Assembly (NCBI GenBank): GCA_050943595.1
Contig: JBMNPM010000003.1
Location: 16,499 to 80,498, forward strand
Direction: 5' to 3'
Source of the DNA: Thermoleophilia bacterium
GTDB lineage: Bacteria > Actinomycetota > Thermoleophilia > RBG-16-64-13
DNA: 64,000 nt
Within the stretch, counting starts at the first letter, position 1; the number at the start of each line of letters is the position of its first letter. The notes beneath the pieces were generated by a model. The model had not been told where the DNA came from, searched no databases, and worked only from the letters and a program-made list of their open reading frames with translations. The translations under genes were made by a program, and so were the position numbers. Positions 1-9,697 of this stretch are shown here, in pieces.

Positions 1-1053
1 AATGCCGTTCCCTTCTCTGAAGTGAAGATCGATCGCGAGAATGGGGCGATCCACGTCTTCGAGTTGATTTTTCCACCGGGCGAGGAGCCGAAGGTGGAAG
101 ACGAGGAGACGGAGATTGACACATCGGCTGCCGAACGTTACGAGATTACTCCGGACGACTTTGGACGTATCGCTGCGCAGACGGCCAAGCAGGTGATCTA
201 CCAGCGTATACGTGAAGCCGAGCAGGGTATTGTCTTCAAGGAATACTCCGACCGTATCGGTGAGATAGTCACCGGTATCGTACAGCAGTCCGACAGCCGC
301 TATACGCTTGTGGACCTGGGGCGCGTCGAGGCCAGGCTGCCCAAGAGCGAACAGGTGCCCACTGAGCGCTACGAGCACGGTATGCGCCTGAAGGCGGTGA
401 TCAAAGAGGTATCCCAGAATCCCAAGGAGCCTCCCATCATCTTGTCGCGGCGCCACGAGGACCTTGTTCGCCGACTCTTCGAACTCGAAGTCCCTGAGAT
501 ATCCGATAGGCTTGTGGAGATTGTCGGCGTGGCCCGCGAGCCGGGGTATCGATCGAAGATCTCGGTTATCTCTCACAGTGATGGAGTCGACCCTGTGGGG
601 GCCTGCGTAGGACCACGAGGCTCACGGGTGCGGATGGTCGTCTCGGAGTTACGGGGGGAGAAGATCGACATCATCCCCTTCGATGGTGAGCCGGCTCGGT
701 TCGTAGCCAAGTCGCTTTCGCCGGCACGCGTGCGGGAAGTGCTGCTCGACGACGAACAGCGTGAAGCCACCGTTGTCGTGCCCGACGATCAGTTGTCCCT
801 TGCCATTGGCAAGGATGGACAGAATGCGCGGTTGGCAAATCGGTTGACCGGCTGGAAGATCGACATCAAGTCTGAGACTGAGATGAATGAGGAAGACAAG
901 GTGTTGGCTACAGCTGAAGTAGAGCCGGAGGTAATGGATGGTCGGTGCCATGCCATCACCGTAGGGGGGAAACGTTGCCCCAACGCAGCCTTGCCCGGCA
1001 GCCTCTACTGCGGTATACCTTCCCATCAGTCAGCCGACAACGATCGCCGATGA
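1..1053 (+). CDS. nusA: Transcription termination/antitermination factor NusA (5'-truncated by window edge)
   Basis: Frame open from base 1. FGRIAAQTAKQVI, S1 domain, KH motifs (DPVGACVG, QLSLAIGKDGQNARLA). Lies upstream of ylxR-infB. Confidence 0.97.
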   Translation, partial: NAVPFSEVKIDRENGAIHVFELIFPPGEEPKVEDEETEIDTSAAERYEITPDDFGRIAAQTAKQVIYQRIREAEQGIVFKEYSDRIGEIVTGIVQQSDSRYTLVDLGRVEARLPKSEQVPTERYEHGMRLKAVIKEVSQNPKEPPIILSRRHEDLVRRLFELEVPEISDRLVEIVGVAREPGYRSKISVISHSDGVDPVGACVGPRGSRVRMVVSELRGEKIDIIPFDGEPARFVAKSLSPARVREVLLDDEQREATVVVPDDQLSLAIGKDGQNARLANRLTGWKIDIKSETEMNEEDKVLATAEVEPEVMDGRCHAITVGGKRCPNAALPGSLYCGIPSHQSADNDRR

Positions 1054-1079
1054 GGGATCGATAAAAGCTGGGGATTCTC

Positions 1080-1418
1080 ATGCAGACGCCGCCGAGACAA
1101 CGCACTCCTCGTGACCGGCAGCCTGAAAGGCAGTGTATCGGGTGCGGGCGGCGGGGGGCGCAGGCCGGATTCTTGCGCTTGAGTTTGGATCGAGGCCTGG
1201 AGCCGCCGCGGGTGAGAGTGGTGATGCCGGGCGGAAAGCATGCAGGCAGGGGAGCATACCTATGTCGACGACGCTCGTGCCTCGATCGCGCTCTGCATCG
1301 GAAGGCATTTCAGCGGGCCTTTCGGGCTCCGGTGGTTCCAGATATTGATGAGATCATGGCGGCGCTGGCGGCAGCGTGTCCTACGGCGACCGAAGCGAAC
1401 AACACGGCAGGTGGGTAG
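1080..1418 (+). CDS. ylxR: YlxR/DUF448 family RNA-binding protein
   Basis: PERQCIGC...GRGAYLC...C motif; canonical position between nusA and infB. Confidence 0.9.
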   Translation: MQTPPRQRTPRDRQPERQCIGCGRRGAQAGFLRLSLDRGLEPPRVRVVMPGGKHAGRGAYLCRRRSCLDRALHRKAFQRAFRAPVVPDIDEIMAALAAACPTATEANNTAGG

Positions 1419-4162
1419 TGGCGAAGAGACGCATTTATGAGATCGCTAAAGAGAGAGGTCTGACGAACAAGGAATTGCTCGATCGTCTTCGGGCTGCGGG
1501 GATCGAGATAAAGAGCAGTGTTTCCACGATCGAGGATGCCGAGGTGGACCGCATCCTGTCTCAGGCAGATACGGAGAAGACCATTGCTGTGGAGCCTGTT
1601 CCACCGTCCGGCTCAGATCCCGCTTCGGCGGACCCGTCTCTGCCCTCCGCCGGAACGCCGTCTGCGTCTTCGCCCGATACAGCACGGGCGTCGGCTGCCG
1701 CGCCTGAAAAAGCCACTCCCACCGGCGCTGCACTCGACCCTGCTCCGGCGTCTGCAGAAAAGTCGCAGCCGAAGTCGGCAAAGCCAGCTTCGGAAGCACG
1801 GAAAGAATCCGAGACACCACGACCTGCTCCGGCCCGCCCGGAGGGCGGCCGGTCCTCCGCGTCACATAGATCTGGTCGTTCTCGAGGTAGGGGGCCGCGG
1901 CTGGAGGACCTTCCCACGGTGGTGGGGCCGGGTGTTCCATTGCGCAAGGGTGTCAAGCCTTCGGGCAACGTGGTGACCAAGGAAGAGCTGGCACGCATTA
2001 AAGCGGAGAAGGCGGCTAAGGCTGAGGAGGCCCGCAAGGCGGCTGCGGCGGCCAAGACGATTCCCGCTGAATCTCCGGCCGCGCCGGCCGGTCGCGGTGG
2101 CGCCTCACGTATACCTCCATCCTCCACCGCGCGCTCTGGGCGGTCCGGTGCCCGACCCGACCGGGGTTCCGCCGTCGCACCCATCGAGTCGCGCAAGGAC
2201 AGACTGGGGGGGCCTGAGTCCGCGCCGCCGTCTCGGGGGGTCCCCTCGCGCGTGCGCCGTGGTGAGGACAAACCTGCTAAGCGCCGCGTCATCATCGACT
2301 CCCAGGCCGGTCGCAAGAGCGGTAGGGGGGCTTCCCGCGATCGGCGAAGTGGTGCGGCCGAGGCCGAGAAGGCCGTCGTCAAGAAGAAGACCCCGCCGGG
2401 AGTGGAATCTCCTGTGAAGGTAAAGAGCGGCGCCAGCGTCAAGGATCTGGGCGCAGCTCTTGAACTGAGCGCCGGTGAACTCATCAAGACCCTCATGCGC
2501 CTGGGCGAGATGGTTACCATCACCCAATCTCTGTCTGATGATGCCATCATTATTTTGGCCGAGGAGTTCGAGCGGCAGGTGGAGATCCAATACGCGGAAG
2601 AGGAGAAGGAGGGACCGGAGGCTTTCGTCGACGACCCGGCCGATTTGACGCCGCGGGCACCCGTGGTCACTGTCATGGGACACGTCGATCACGGCAAGAC
2701 CTCTCTGCTGGACGCCATCAGGGAGACCGAGGTCGTGAAGTCCGAGGCCGGTGGTATCACCCAGCACATCGGTGCCTATCAGGTGACCCACAACGACAAG
2801 AAGGTCACCTTCCTGGATACACCGGGCCATGAGGCCTTTACGGCTATGCGTGCCCGAGGTGCCAAGTCGACCGACATCGCGGTCATCGTGGTGGCCGCCA
2901 ACGACGGGGTTATGCCCCAGACGATGGAGGCCATCAGCCACGCCAAGGCCGCCGAAGTGCCCATCGTTGTGGCTATCAACAAGATAGACCTTCCAGACGC
3001 CAATTCCGACCATGTGAGGCACCAGCTCTCCGACCAGGGACTCATGCCCGAGGCCTGGGGTGGAGATACGGTTACGGTCGAAGTCTCTGCGAAAAAGCGC
3101 AAAAATCTCGATGAACTCATGGATATGATCCTGCTCGTGGCCGAGGTGCAGGAGTTGAAGGCCAACGCTAAAGCATCGGCTTCTGGTGTGGTCATCGAGG
3201 CCCAGCTGGATCCGGGACGAGGGCCGGTGGCCACTATGCTGGTGCAACGCGGTACTCTGCAGGTCGGTGACGCGCTCGTCAGCGGGGAGGCGCACGGCAA
3301 AGTCAAGGCTATGTTCGATTTTTTGGGTAAGCCGGTGAGCAGGGCAACACCGTCGGTACCCGTACAGATCTTGGGCTTCAGCACCCTGCCTGCTGCCGGC
3401 GATTTTGCCATGGTGGTCGATGATGAACGTGATGCCCGTCATAGGGCAGAGCAGCGGACGGCCCGCCTGCGTCAGGAGCAGTTGGCCAAGAGCCGCGGTG
3501 GGGCCAGCAGCCTGGACGAATTCTACCGCCGGCTCAAGGAAGGTAAGGTCAAGGAGTTGCCCTTGGTCATCAAGGGAGACGTAGCCGGATCGGTGGAGGC
3601 TCTGGAGGAAGCTCTGCTGGCCATTACCCATCCAGAGGTCAAGGTGGAGGTGGTGTTCGCCGGGGTGGGCGGTATCAACGAGTCGGACATCATGCTGGCG
3701 GCGGCTTCCAAGGCTGTGGTGATCGGCTTTAACGTGCGACCTTCGGTGGCGGCCAAAGCGCTGGCCGAACAGGAACTGGTCGATGTGCGCACCTATCGGA
3801 TCATCTATAAGGCCATCGAAGAGGTCGAAGCGGCACTCGTCGGCATGTTGGAGCCGGAGCAGGTGGAACAGGAGTTGGGCACGGCCGAAGTACGCCAAGT
3901 GTTTCATGCATCACGCATCGGCACCATCGCCGGCTGCTATGTATTGACCGGCAGGCTCGTGCGCTCGGCGAAGGTACGGTTGGTGCGCAACGGTAGTATC
4001 GTCCATGAGGGGAGCATAGGCTCATTGAAGAGGTTCGCCGACGATGCCCGTGAGGTGCAGACCGGCTATGAGTGTGGCCTCCACCTGGACGGTTTCGACG
4101 ATATCCACGAAGGTGACATCATCGAGGCATACGAGATCAAGGAAGTTGCCCGCACCCAATAG
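1418..4162 (+). CDS. infB: Translation initiation factor IF-2
   Basis: GHVDHGKTSLLD, GGITQHIGAY, DTPGHEAF, NKID. N-terminal KRRIYEIAKE. GTG at 1418 overlaps the ylxR stop. Confidence 0.98.
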   Translation: MAKRRIYEIAKERGLTNKELLDRLRAAGIEIKSSVSTIEDAEVDRILSQADTEKTIAVEPVPPSGSDPASADPSLPSAGTPSASSPDTARASAAAPEKATPTGAALDPAPASAEKSQPKSAKPASEARKESETPRPAPARPEGGRSSASHRSGRSRGRGPRLEDLPTVVGPGVPLRKGVKPSGNVVTKEELARIKAEKAAKAEEARKAAAAAKTIPAESPAAPAGRGGASRIPPSSTARSGRSGARPDRGSAVAPIESRKDRLGGPESAPPSRGVPSRVRRGEDKPAKRRVIIDSQAGRKSGRGASRDRRSGAAEAEKAVVKKKTPPGVESPVKVKSGASVKDLGAALELSAGELIKTLMRLGEMVTITQSLSDDAIIILAEEFERQVEIQYAEEEKEGPEAFVDDPADLTPRAPVVTVMGHVDHGKTSLLDAIRETEVVKSEAGGITQHIGAYQVTHNDKKVTFLDTPGHEAFTAMRARGAKSTDIAVIVVAANDGVMPQTMEAISHAKAAEVPIVVAINKIDLPDANSDHVRHQLSDQGLMPEAWGGDTVTVEVSAKKRKNLDELMDMILLVAEVQELKANAKASASGVVIEAQLDPGRGPVATMLVQRGTLQVGDALVSGEAHGKVKAMFDFLGKPVSRATPSVPVQILGFSTLPAAGDFAMVVDDERDARHRAEQRTARLRQEQLAKSRGGASSLDEFYRRLKEGKVKELPLVIKGDVAGSVEALEEALLAITHPEVKVEVVFAGVGGINESDIMLAAASKAVVIGFNVRPSVAAKALAEQELVDVRTYRIIYKAIEEVEAALVGMLEPEQVEQELGTAEVRQVFHASRIGTIAGCYVLTGRLVRSAKVRLVRNGSIVHEGSIGSLKRFADDAREVQTGYECGLHLDGFDDIHEGDIIEAYEIKEVARTQ

Positions 4163-4463
4163 GACTAACAAAGGTTTTGTCGGCATCCTCGCGGTAGAAC
4201 TGCACTTTCTGGAGGCCAGGTCCCTCAAGGAGAAGCGGATGCATCTGCGACGTATCCGTGACCAGGTCACCCGTCGGTACGGCGCATCCTTTGCTGAGGT
4301 GGGATTCCAGGATGTGTGGCAACGCACGCGTATCATAATGGCTGTGGCCGCATCGGATGTGCATGTGCTGGAGAACGAGTTGGGGCGATTGAAGATGTAT
4401 CTTGATGCACAGGAGTGGGTGATGAGCTCTTGTGCTACCGAGGTGGTGGATGTAGATGCGTAA
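4146..4463 (+). CDS. DUF503 (YlxP-like) protein
   Basis: GFVGILAVELHF..SLKEKR..EVG.QD.WQR pattern; sits between infB and rbfA. Start uncertain (nearest in-frame TTG is 4146). Confidence 0.85.
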   Translation: MPAPNRTNKGFVGILAVELHFLEARSLKEKRMHLRRIRDQVTRRYGASFAEVGFQDVWQRTRIIMAVAASDVHVLENELGRLKMYLDAQEWVMSSCATEVVDVDA

Positions 4464-4941
4464 CGTCGCTTCTTACCGGATGCGCCGCGTGAACGAGTCC
4501 CTGAAGGAGGTCATCGGTACGGCTCTGACGCGGGAGATCAAGGATCCTCGTATCGGGTTTGTCACTGTCACGGGTGTAGACACGGCTCCCGATTTTTCCC
4601 ATGCAAAGGTGTTCTTCTCCGTGTACGGCAAGCAGGCGGAAAAGGACGCCACCCTGCAGGGTCTACGGGCGGCGCGCCCCTACCTGCAACGACTCATCAG
4701 TGATGAACTCGATCTTAAGCGTACGCCCAACCTGGAGTTCGTATACGACGCCAGTATCGACCAGGGTATGCGTATTCAGGCAATCCTCAAGGCCGGCGGG
4801 GCTGCCGGCTTGCCGCCTGAAGAGACAGCCGGTCTGTCGGATTCTCTGGGGCCGTCTGGTGTCGAGGCAGAGTTTCAGATCGAAAGCGAGGCCTCCGAGG
4901 ATGCGCAGGTGCCGGGACCGTCGGAGCTCCACCGGCCGTGA
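4456..4941 (+). CDS. rbfA: 30S ribosome-binding factor RbfA
   Basis: RMRRVNE..KDPRIGFVTVT..RTPNLEF.YD; synteny. Confidence 0.96.
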   Translation: MRNVASYRMRRVNESLKEVIGTALTREIKDPRIGFVTVTGVDTAPDFSHAKVFFSVYGKQAEKDATLQGLRAARPYLQRLISDELDLKRTPNLEFVYDASIDQGMRIQAILKAGGAAGLPPEETAGLSDSLGPSGVEAEFQIESEASEDAQVPGPSELHRP

Positions 4942-5936
4942 CCGACAGACCCGCCGCACGCATGGTCACCGTCGCGGAGGTGGCGGCGCGTCTCCGTGGA
5001 GAGAAGCGGATCCTGGTAGTCACACATGAATCACCCGATGGTGACGCTCTTGGGTCACTGGTAGCTTTCCGGCTGGTGGCAGAGCGATTGGGTATCGCCG
5101 TCGCCACCTATGTGCCCGGAAACACACCCTTCCCATCTGAGTATTCATTCTTGCCCCACCTGACGGATATCTTGCGCGGGGCTCCACCACAGGTAGATGC
5201 GGACACTACCGTATACATGTTGGACTGTGCCTCTCTCCTGCGTTCACACGGCCACCGGGTCGAAGAGCCTGCCTACCGGGTCAACATCGACCACCACCAA
5301 GACAACCCCGGTTATGCAGAGGAGAATCTACTCGTCCCTGATGCCCCCTCCACGACGGCAATCCTTTACGATGTTTTCCAAGCCGGGGGATTTACCATCG
5401 ATACCGTCGTGGCAACGGCTCTCTATCTCGGGTTACTCACGGACACCGGTCGTTTTCAGTATTCGAATACAACGGCGGCTGCGCATCGTATGGCGGCTTC
5501 TCTTATCGATGTCGGACTCGACGTCAACTATATCTCCCGCATGGTCTACGAACAGACTCCACTACCCAAGTTACTCTTGCTCCGTCAGGCTCTATCCCGC
5601 ATCGACCTTCATCTCGGGGGACTACTGGTGACGGCGTGGGTTTCACGTGGTGATTTTGCTGAGGCCGGTGCTGAAGACAGTCACACGGAGGGAATAATTG
5701 ACCAACTACGTTGCCTCCAAGGAGTCCGGGTAGCTGCTTTTCTCAAAGAGCGTAACCACGACGGTAGGACTGAGTACAAGGTCAGCCTGCGCTCCACTGA
5801 CGGAACGGTCGATGTGGCCCATATAGCCAATAAGCAGGGTGGAGGCGGTCATATTCGTGCGGCTGGTTTCACCTACCCGGGGGACTTGACCGAAGCGATC
5901 AAATGGTTGCAGCAAGAGGTGGCGGCTCAGCTATGA
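4938..5936 (+). CDS. nrnA: DHH/DHHA1 phosphoesterase (NrnA-like oligoribonuclease/pAp phosphatase)
   Basis: HESPDGDALGS, NIDHH, TDTGRF, GGGGH.RAAG motifs. Confidence 0.9.
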   Translation: MTDRPAARMVTVAEVAARLRGEKRILVVTHESPDGDALGSLVAFRLVAERLGIAVATYVPGNTPFPSEYSFLPHLTDILRGAPPQVDADTTVYMLDCASLLRSHGHRVEEPAYRVNIDHHQDNPGYAEENLLVPDAPSTTAILYDVFQAGGFTIDTVVATALYLGLLTDTGRFQYSNTTAAAHRMAASLIDVGLDVNYISRMVYEQTPLPKLLLLRQALSRIDLHLGGLLVTAWVSRGDFAEAGAEDSHTEGIIDQLRCLQGVRVAAFLKERNHDGRTEYKVSLRSTDGTVDVAHIANKQGGGGHIRAAGFTYPGDLTEAIKWLQQEVAAQL

Positions 5937-6814
5937 GCGAGACCGCCGGCGTTTCGTGTGTCGTGCTGGTGGACAAGCCGGCCGGACCGACCAGTTTTGA
6001 TATGGTTCGCACCGCACGGCGGGGATTGCGATCGCGCGTGGGACATGCAGGGACCCTCGACCCTTTCGCGACCGGACTGCTTCTCGTCCTCATGGGCCAG
6101 GCTACGCGTATCTCCAACCTATTGATGGAGTTACCCAAGGAGTATGAGGTGGTCGTCCAGTTCGGAGCCACGTCCAGCACGGCCGATCCTACGGGTGATA
6201 TCGTGGCTACCGGAAGACGTGTCGCGGCACTCGAAGTGCACGAAGCCCTCGGCCGGTTTCGGGGGCTCATACGGCAGCGTGTGCCGATGACCTCTGCCGT
6301 CAAAGTAAGGGGGGAGGCGCTGTACCGTAAGGCCCATCGTGGAGAGACGATCGAGACTCCGGAGCGAGAGGTCGTGGTGCATAGTCTCGATCTACTCGAT
6401 TTCGACGAGACTGCGCAAACGGCGCGCCTGGTGGCGGTGACCGGAGCCGGAGCTTATGTGAGATGCTTGGCCGAGGATCTCGGCCAAGCGACCGGAGCCG
6501 GAGCCTATGCGGCGGCCCTGCGGCGTACGCGCTGTGGTGGATTTGACGTCGACGACGCACTGCGCCCCGAAGACCTCTCGCCGGAGCGCTATGCGGCCGG
6601 CGGCCGGGGTATCGTCGACATCGGCGCCGCGCTGGACTTCCTGCCTGTCTATCGAGCAGATGGACCGGAAGCAAAGCGCGCGGCCAACGGCAACGAGTTG
6701 CACCACGCCCCGTCGGGACGGTTCCGAGTGTATGGCCTTGATGGGCTACTGGGTGTATATGAGAGCCACGGGCAGCGGGCCCGTCCGGTCGTAGTCTTCT
6801 CGAGTCCTGTATGA
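5933..6814 (+). CDS. truB: tRNA pseudouridine(55) synthase TruB
   Basis: DKPAGPTS, GHAGTLDPFATG, LRRTR.G; ATGA overlap with upstream gene. Confidence 0.95.
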   Translation: MSETAGVSCVVLVDKPAGPTSFDMVRTARRGLRSRVGHAGTLDPFATGLLLVLMGQATRISNLLMELPKEYEVVVQFGATSSTADPTGDIVATGRRVAALEVHEALGRFRGLIRQRVPMTSAVKVRGEALYRKAHRGETIETPEREVVVHSLDLLDFDETAQTARLVAVTGAGAYVRCLAEDLGQATGAGAYAAALRRTRCGGFDVDDALRPEDLSPERYAAGGRGIVDIGAALDFLPVYRADGPEAKRAANGNELHHAPSGRFRVYGLDGLLGVYESHGQRARPVVVFSSPV

Positions 6815-7764
6815 GTCTGCGTATCTTCGAATCGTTGCACGACGTCACTCAGACGCCTGCAGGCGGGCGTGTGATTGCCATCGGCGTGTTTGACGGAGTC
6901 CATCGAGGACATCAACGTATCCTGCTTGAGGCTGTCGAGAAGGCACGGCTTATCTCTGGATGTGTGCCTGCCGCTATCACGTTTCGGCCTCATCCCGAGA
7001 CGGTATTGCGACCCAGGCCTGCTCCTCGTCTACTCACCCCCCTGTCGCGAAAGGCGGAGCTCATGGAGGGGCTGGGTATTCAGGAGCTCCTGGTCGTTAA
7101 GTTCGACCGGGCCTTCGCTCAACTCTCCCCGGCTGATTTTTGCCGTCTGGTGTTGTCCGACCACCTCGACGCATGCGTGGTGCTTGTCGGTGAGAACTTC
7201 CGCTTCGGTCATCGTGGAGCCGGCGGGCCGGACGACCTGCGGACGTATGGCCGGCGGCACGGATTCGAAGTCCGTACGGTCACGATGGCCCACGAGGGGG
7301 CTGAGACCATTTCCAGCACACGTATCCGTAACCTCATTGGTGTCGGCCGGGTGTCGGAGGCGGCTCATCTGCTCGGACGGCCTCATCGTATCGAGGGTGT
7401 AGTGGTCCCCGGCCTGCGTCGAGGTAGAACTCTGCACGCACCCACAGCGAACCTGGCCGTGGAGGCAGAGACTGCTGTTCCCCACCAAGGCGTTTACATA
7501 ACCCGCTCCTTCCTAGACGACAGCGAGACCCACTTCTCGCTTACCAGCATCGGCACCAACCCCACGTTCGAGGTCGATAAAAAGCTACGCATCGAGACCT
7601 TTCTCTTTGATTACCAAGGTGATGCCTACGGCCGACGACTGGCCTTGGAGTTCTTAGAGCGTGTCCGAAACCAGCAGGCTTTTTCCTCCGCAGAGGCCCT
7701 CGCCCATCAGATATCGCTCGATGTCGAGGCGGCTAAAAGATACCTGGCCGGCAGGCCTGATTGA
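6811..7764 (+). CDS. ribF: Bifunctional riboflavin kinase/FAD synthetase
   Basis: IGVFDGVHRGH, GENFRFG, ISSTRIR, PTANL, IGTNPTF. Confidence 0.96.
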   Translation: MSLRIFESLHDVTQTPAGGRVIAIGVFDGVHRGHQRILLEAVEKARLISGCVPAAITFRPHPETVLRPRPAPRLLTPLSRKAELMEGLGIQELLVVKFDRAFAQLSPADFCRLVLSDHLDACVVLVGENFRFGHRGAGGPDDLRTYGRRHGFEVRTVTMAHEGAETISSTRIRNLIGVGRVSEAAHLLGRPHRIEGVVVPGLRRGRTLHAPTANLAVEAETAVPHQGVYITRSFLDDSETHFSLTSIGTNPTFEVDKKLRIETFLFDYQGDAYGRRLALEFLERVRNQQAFSSAEALAHQISLDVEAAKRYLAGRPD

Positions 7765-7944
7765 GCCGAGGCCCTTGCGGTCATGGCACGGATGTAGTAC
7801 AAACATAATTATCTTTTGGTATACCTGTACCAGGGTTGTGGTTTTCAGTTGCGAATGCTGGGAGCGGGCATCGCCAGAAAGTCTCTTGGTCGCTAATCAG
7901 TCGGGGGATCTGTGGTGACAGAGGGCCGAGTGGGGGGGGAGGGC

Positions 7945-8322
7945 ATGAGCGGTCGGGCAGCCGGGACGCATCGGCGGTCTGCTGTGTTGTGGAACGCAGC
8001 CGGTGTGGTAGTGATGGCTGTGACCCTGCCGGCTCTACTGATTCTGACGTTTCCGCCTTCCACGTCCGCGGCGCCTACCTACTCCAGCCTGTACGGCTCC
8101 GATCGTTTGCCCACCCATCAGACCACCCTGGACCAACCTGTCCGGGCGGAGACCGTCCGTTTGCAACCGCAGAAGACCTTTCCTGTGGGTCTTCCTTCCA
8201 ATGTGGTCACTCAGACTGTGGCTACTGTGGCTACATTTCCGGGCTTGGTCGCAGTGTCCGACGAGGCCATCCCTTTCGTAGGTCTCAATCGCTACAATAC
8301 AGCCCGTTTGATGGCTGAGTAG
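7945..8322 (+). pseudogene. Degenerate secreted protein with fragments of cell-wall-binding repeat 2 (CWB2)
   Basis: Signal peptide ending TSA|A, then LYGSDR fused directly to a CWB2 C-terminal half (TLDQPVRAETVRLQPQKTFPVG), then GLNRYNTARLMAE and a stop. No complete repeat. Confidence 0.55.
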
Positions 8323-8441
8323 GACTTACGCTTCTAAAGTGGTTAGTATACCTATGAAATTAGGACATGCGGTCCAGAAAGGAAGGTTTGTATCTCGTAG
8401 TGCGGGCGGGTTTAGCTATTCGAATAAAATAAAGGAATTAG

Positions 8442-9584
8442 GTGATCATTATGGGGAATGAAGCACCAACTAAAAGAATCGGTATAGGTCCTCCCGGTAA
8501 GTATGGTGGTCTCATCCAGTTCATCGTGTTCTGGGTGCTGTGCGTAGTCTTTCTTACATACCTGTTGCCCACGAAATATCTGGTCAACAACCTCCTGCCG
8601 GCCACACTATTTATGCTCGTCACCTTGGGGCACTTGACTATGGTGGGTGACGGTTGGCCGTTCTCACCACCGGCAGGGAGGTGGAGACCTGGTAAATCTC
8701 GTTTCTGGGCCGGATTCGGGTTGACTATATGCTGGATCGTCTTCACCTTCGCCATGATCCTGTTCGCCCGCTTTATCTATCCCAAATGGGTCCTGGGACC
8801 GAACTACCTATGGTTCGGAGTGGTCGGGTTCTGGGCAACATTGCAGTCGGGCGTGATCTGGGGAGGATGGCCCTACAAGGGTAGGATGCATCCCTGGGCC
8901 GCTATGTTCACCAGCTTCCTCTTTGTGGTGTTGACCTGTTTGTTTTTCTGGTTCGTGCTCATGAACCTAGATGGTACGCCTATGGCCGACACCCCCTCCA
9001 ACCACCACGGCCCCTTCGGTGCCGGCCAGGTTGTAGGATTTCTTGTGTTCGCCATTGCGTGGACCTTCGTCTTCGGGCCTATATTCACTACACAGGGTAC
9101 CTTCTTCGGTAAGCTGCGCATGCCGTATTCGGGCATCCTGCAGACCATCCTGGCCCACGTGGTGGCTTTCATCACCTACTACGTCCCCGTCAAATTGGGC
9201 GTGAACGAGTCGTTCTGGGTCTTCGGTGTCGGTGCCAGCTGGATTTTCTGGCCCTTGGTCCATTCGTGGCACCTTCAGTACTGGGGGGTCAGGAAGGTCA
9301 CGGGCATTAAGCGTGCTGTAGGTGCCTTTGTCATCCAGGTCGTGCTCGTTATCGTCTGGGTCGTGATCATGCGACTCATTCTTGGCCCCATGGCCGACCG
9401 GGCTGCGGAGCTTGGTGTCCAGGCTGATGTCTACACCTTCATCACCTGGGTCAACCTCTGTATCCTTGCTCCGGCTCTCATCTTCCACAATTCTGCTTGG
9501 ATGAGGTGGCCATTGACTATGCCGACTCCGCCTGGAGTACCGGCACGCGATGTGGCGGTCGACGATCGGGAGGCGGCTTCCTAG
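8442..9584 (+). CDS. Trp-rich polytopic membrane protein of unknown function (putative permease)
   Basis: About 10 hydrophobic segments with recurring G/W-W-P loop motifs. SD-like AAAGGA before GTG 8442 (alternative ATG 8451). Has its own terminator. Confidence 0.85.
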   Translation: MIIMGNEAPTKRIGIGPPGKYGGLIQFIVFWVLCVVFLTYLLPTKYLVNNLLPATLFMLVTLGHLTMVGDGWPFSPPAGRWRPGKSRFWAGFGLTICWIVFTFAMILFARFIYPKWVLGPNYLWFGVVGFWATLQSGVIWGGWPYKGRMHPWAAMFTSFLFVVLTCLFFWFVLMNLDGTPMADTPSNHHGPFGAGQVVGFLVFAIAWTFVFGPIFTTQGTFFGKLRMPYSGILQTILAHVVAFITYYVPVKLGVNESFWVFGVGASWIFWPLVHSWHLQYWGVRKVTGIKRAVGAFVIQVVLVIVWVVIMRLILGPMADRAAELGVQADVYTFITWVNLCILAPALIFHNSAWMRWPLTMPTPPGVPARDVAVDDREAAS

Positions 9585-9604
9585 GATCGCAGTTGCTCCC
9601 CGAA

Positions 9605-9650
9605 AATGGAGGGGCTGCTTTATGGCGGCCCCTCCATTCTTCTTGTCTTT
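9605..9650 (+). terminator. Intrinsic terminator after the membrane protein gene
   Basis: 14-bp stem AATGGAGGGGCTGC / GCGGCCCCTCCATT followed by a pyrimidine-rich tail. Confidence 0.75.
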
Positions 9651-9697
9651 CTCGTCTCGCAGTGCCGGATTTGCGGCCTCGTGCTCTGAGTGTCCTA

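Noticed and set aside
1561-3907. Long antisense ORFs opposite infB (371 and 600 aa), and similar shadow ORFs elsewhere
   Set aside because: Typical stop-poor antisense frames of GC-rich genes; no motifs or SD.
7784-7800. Sigma-54 promoter (TGGCACG)
   Set aside because: The -12 position reads TAGT rather than TTGC.
7932-7939. G8 homopolymer as a phase-variation tract
   Set aside because: Short, located in the SD region of an apparently decayed gene, and unremarkable at this GC content.
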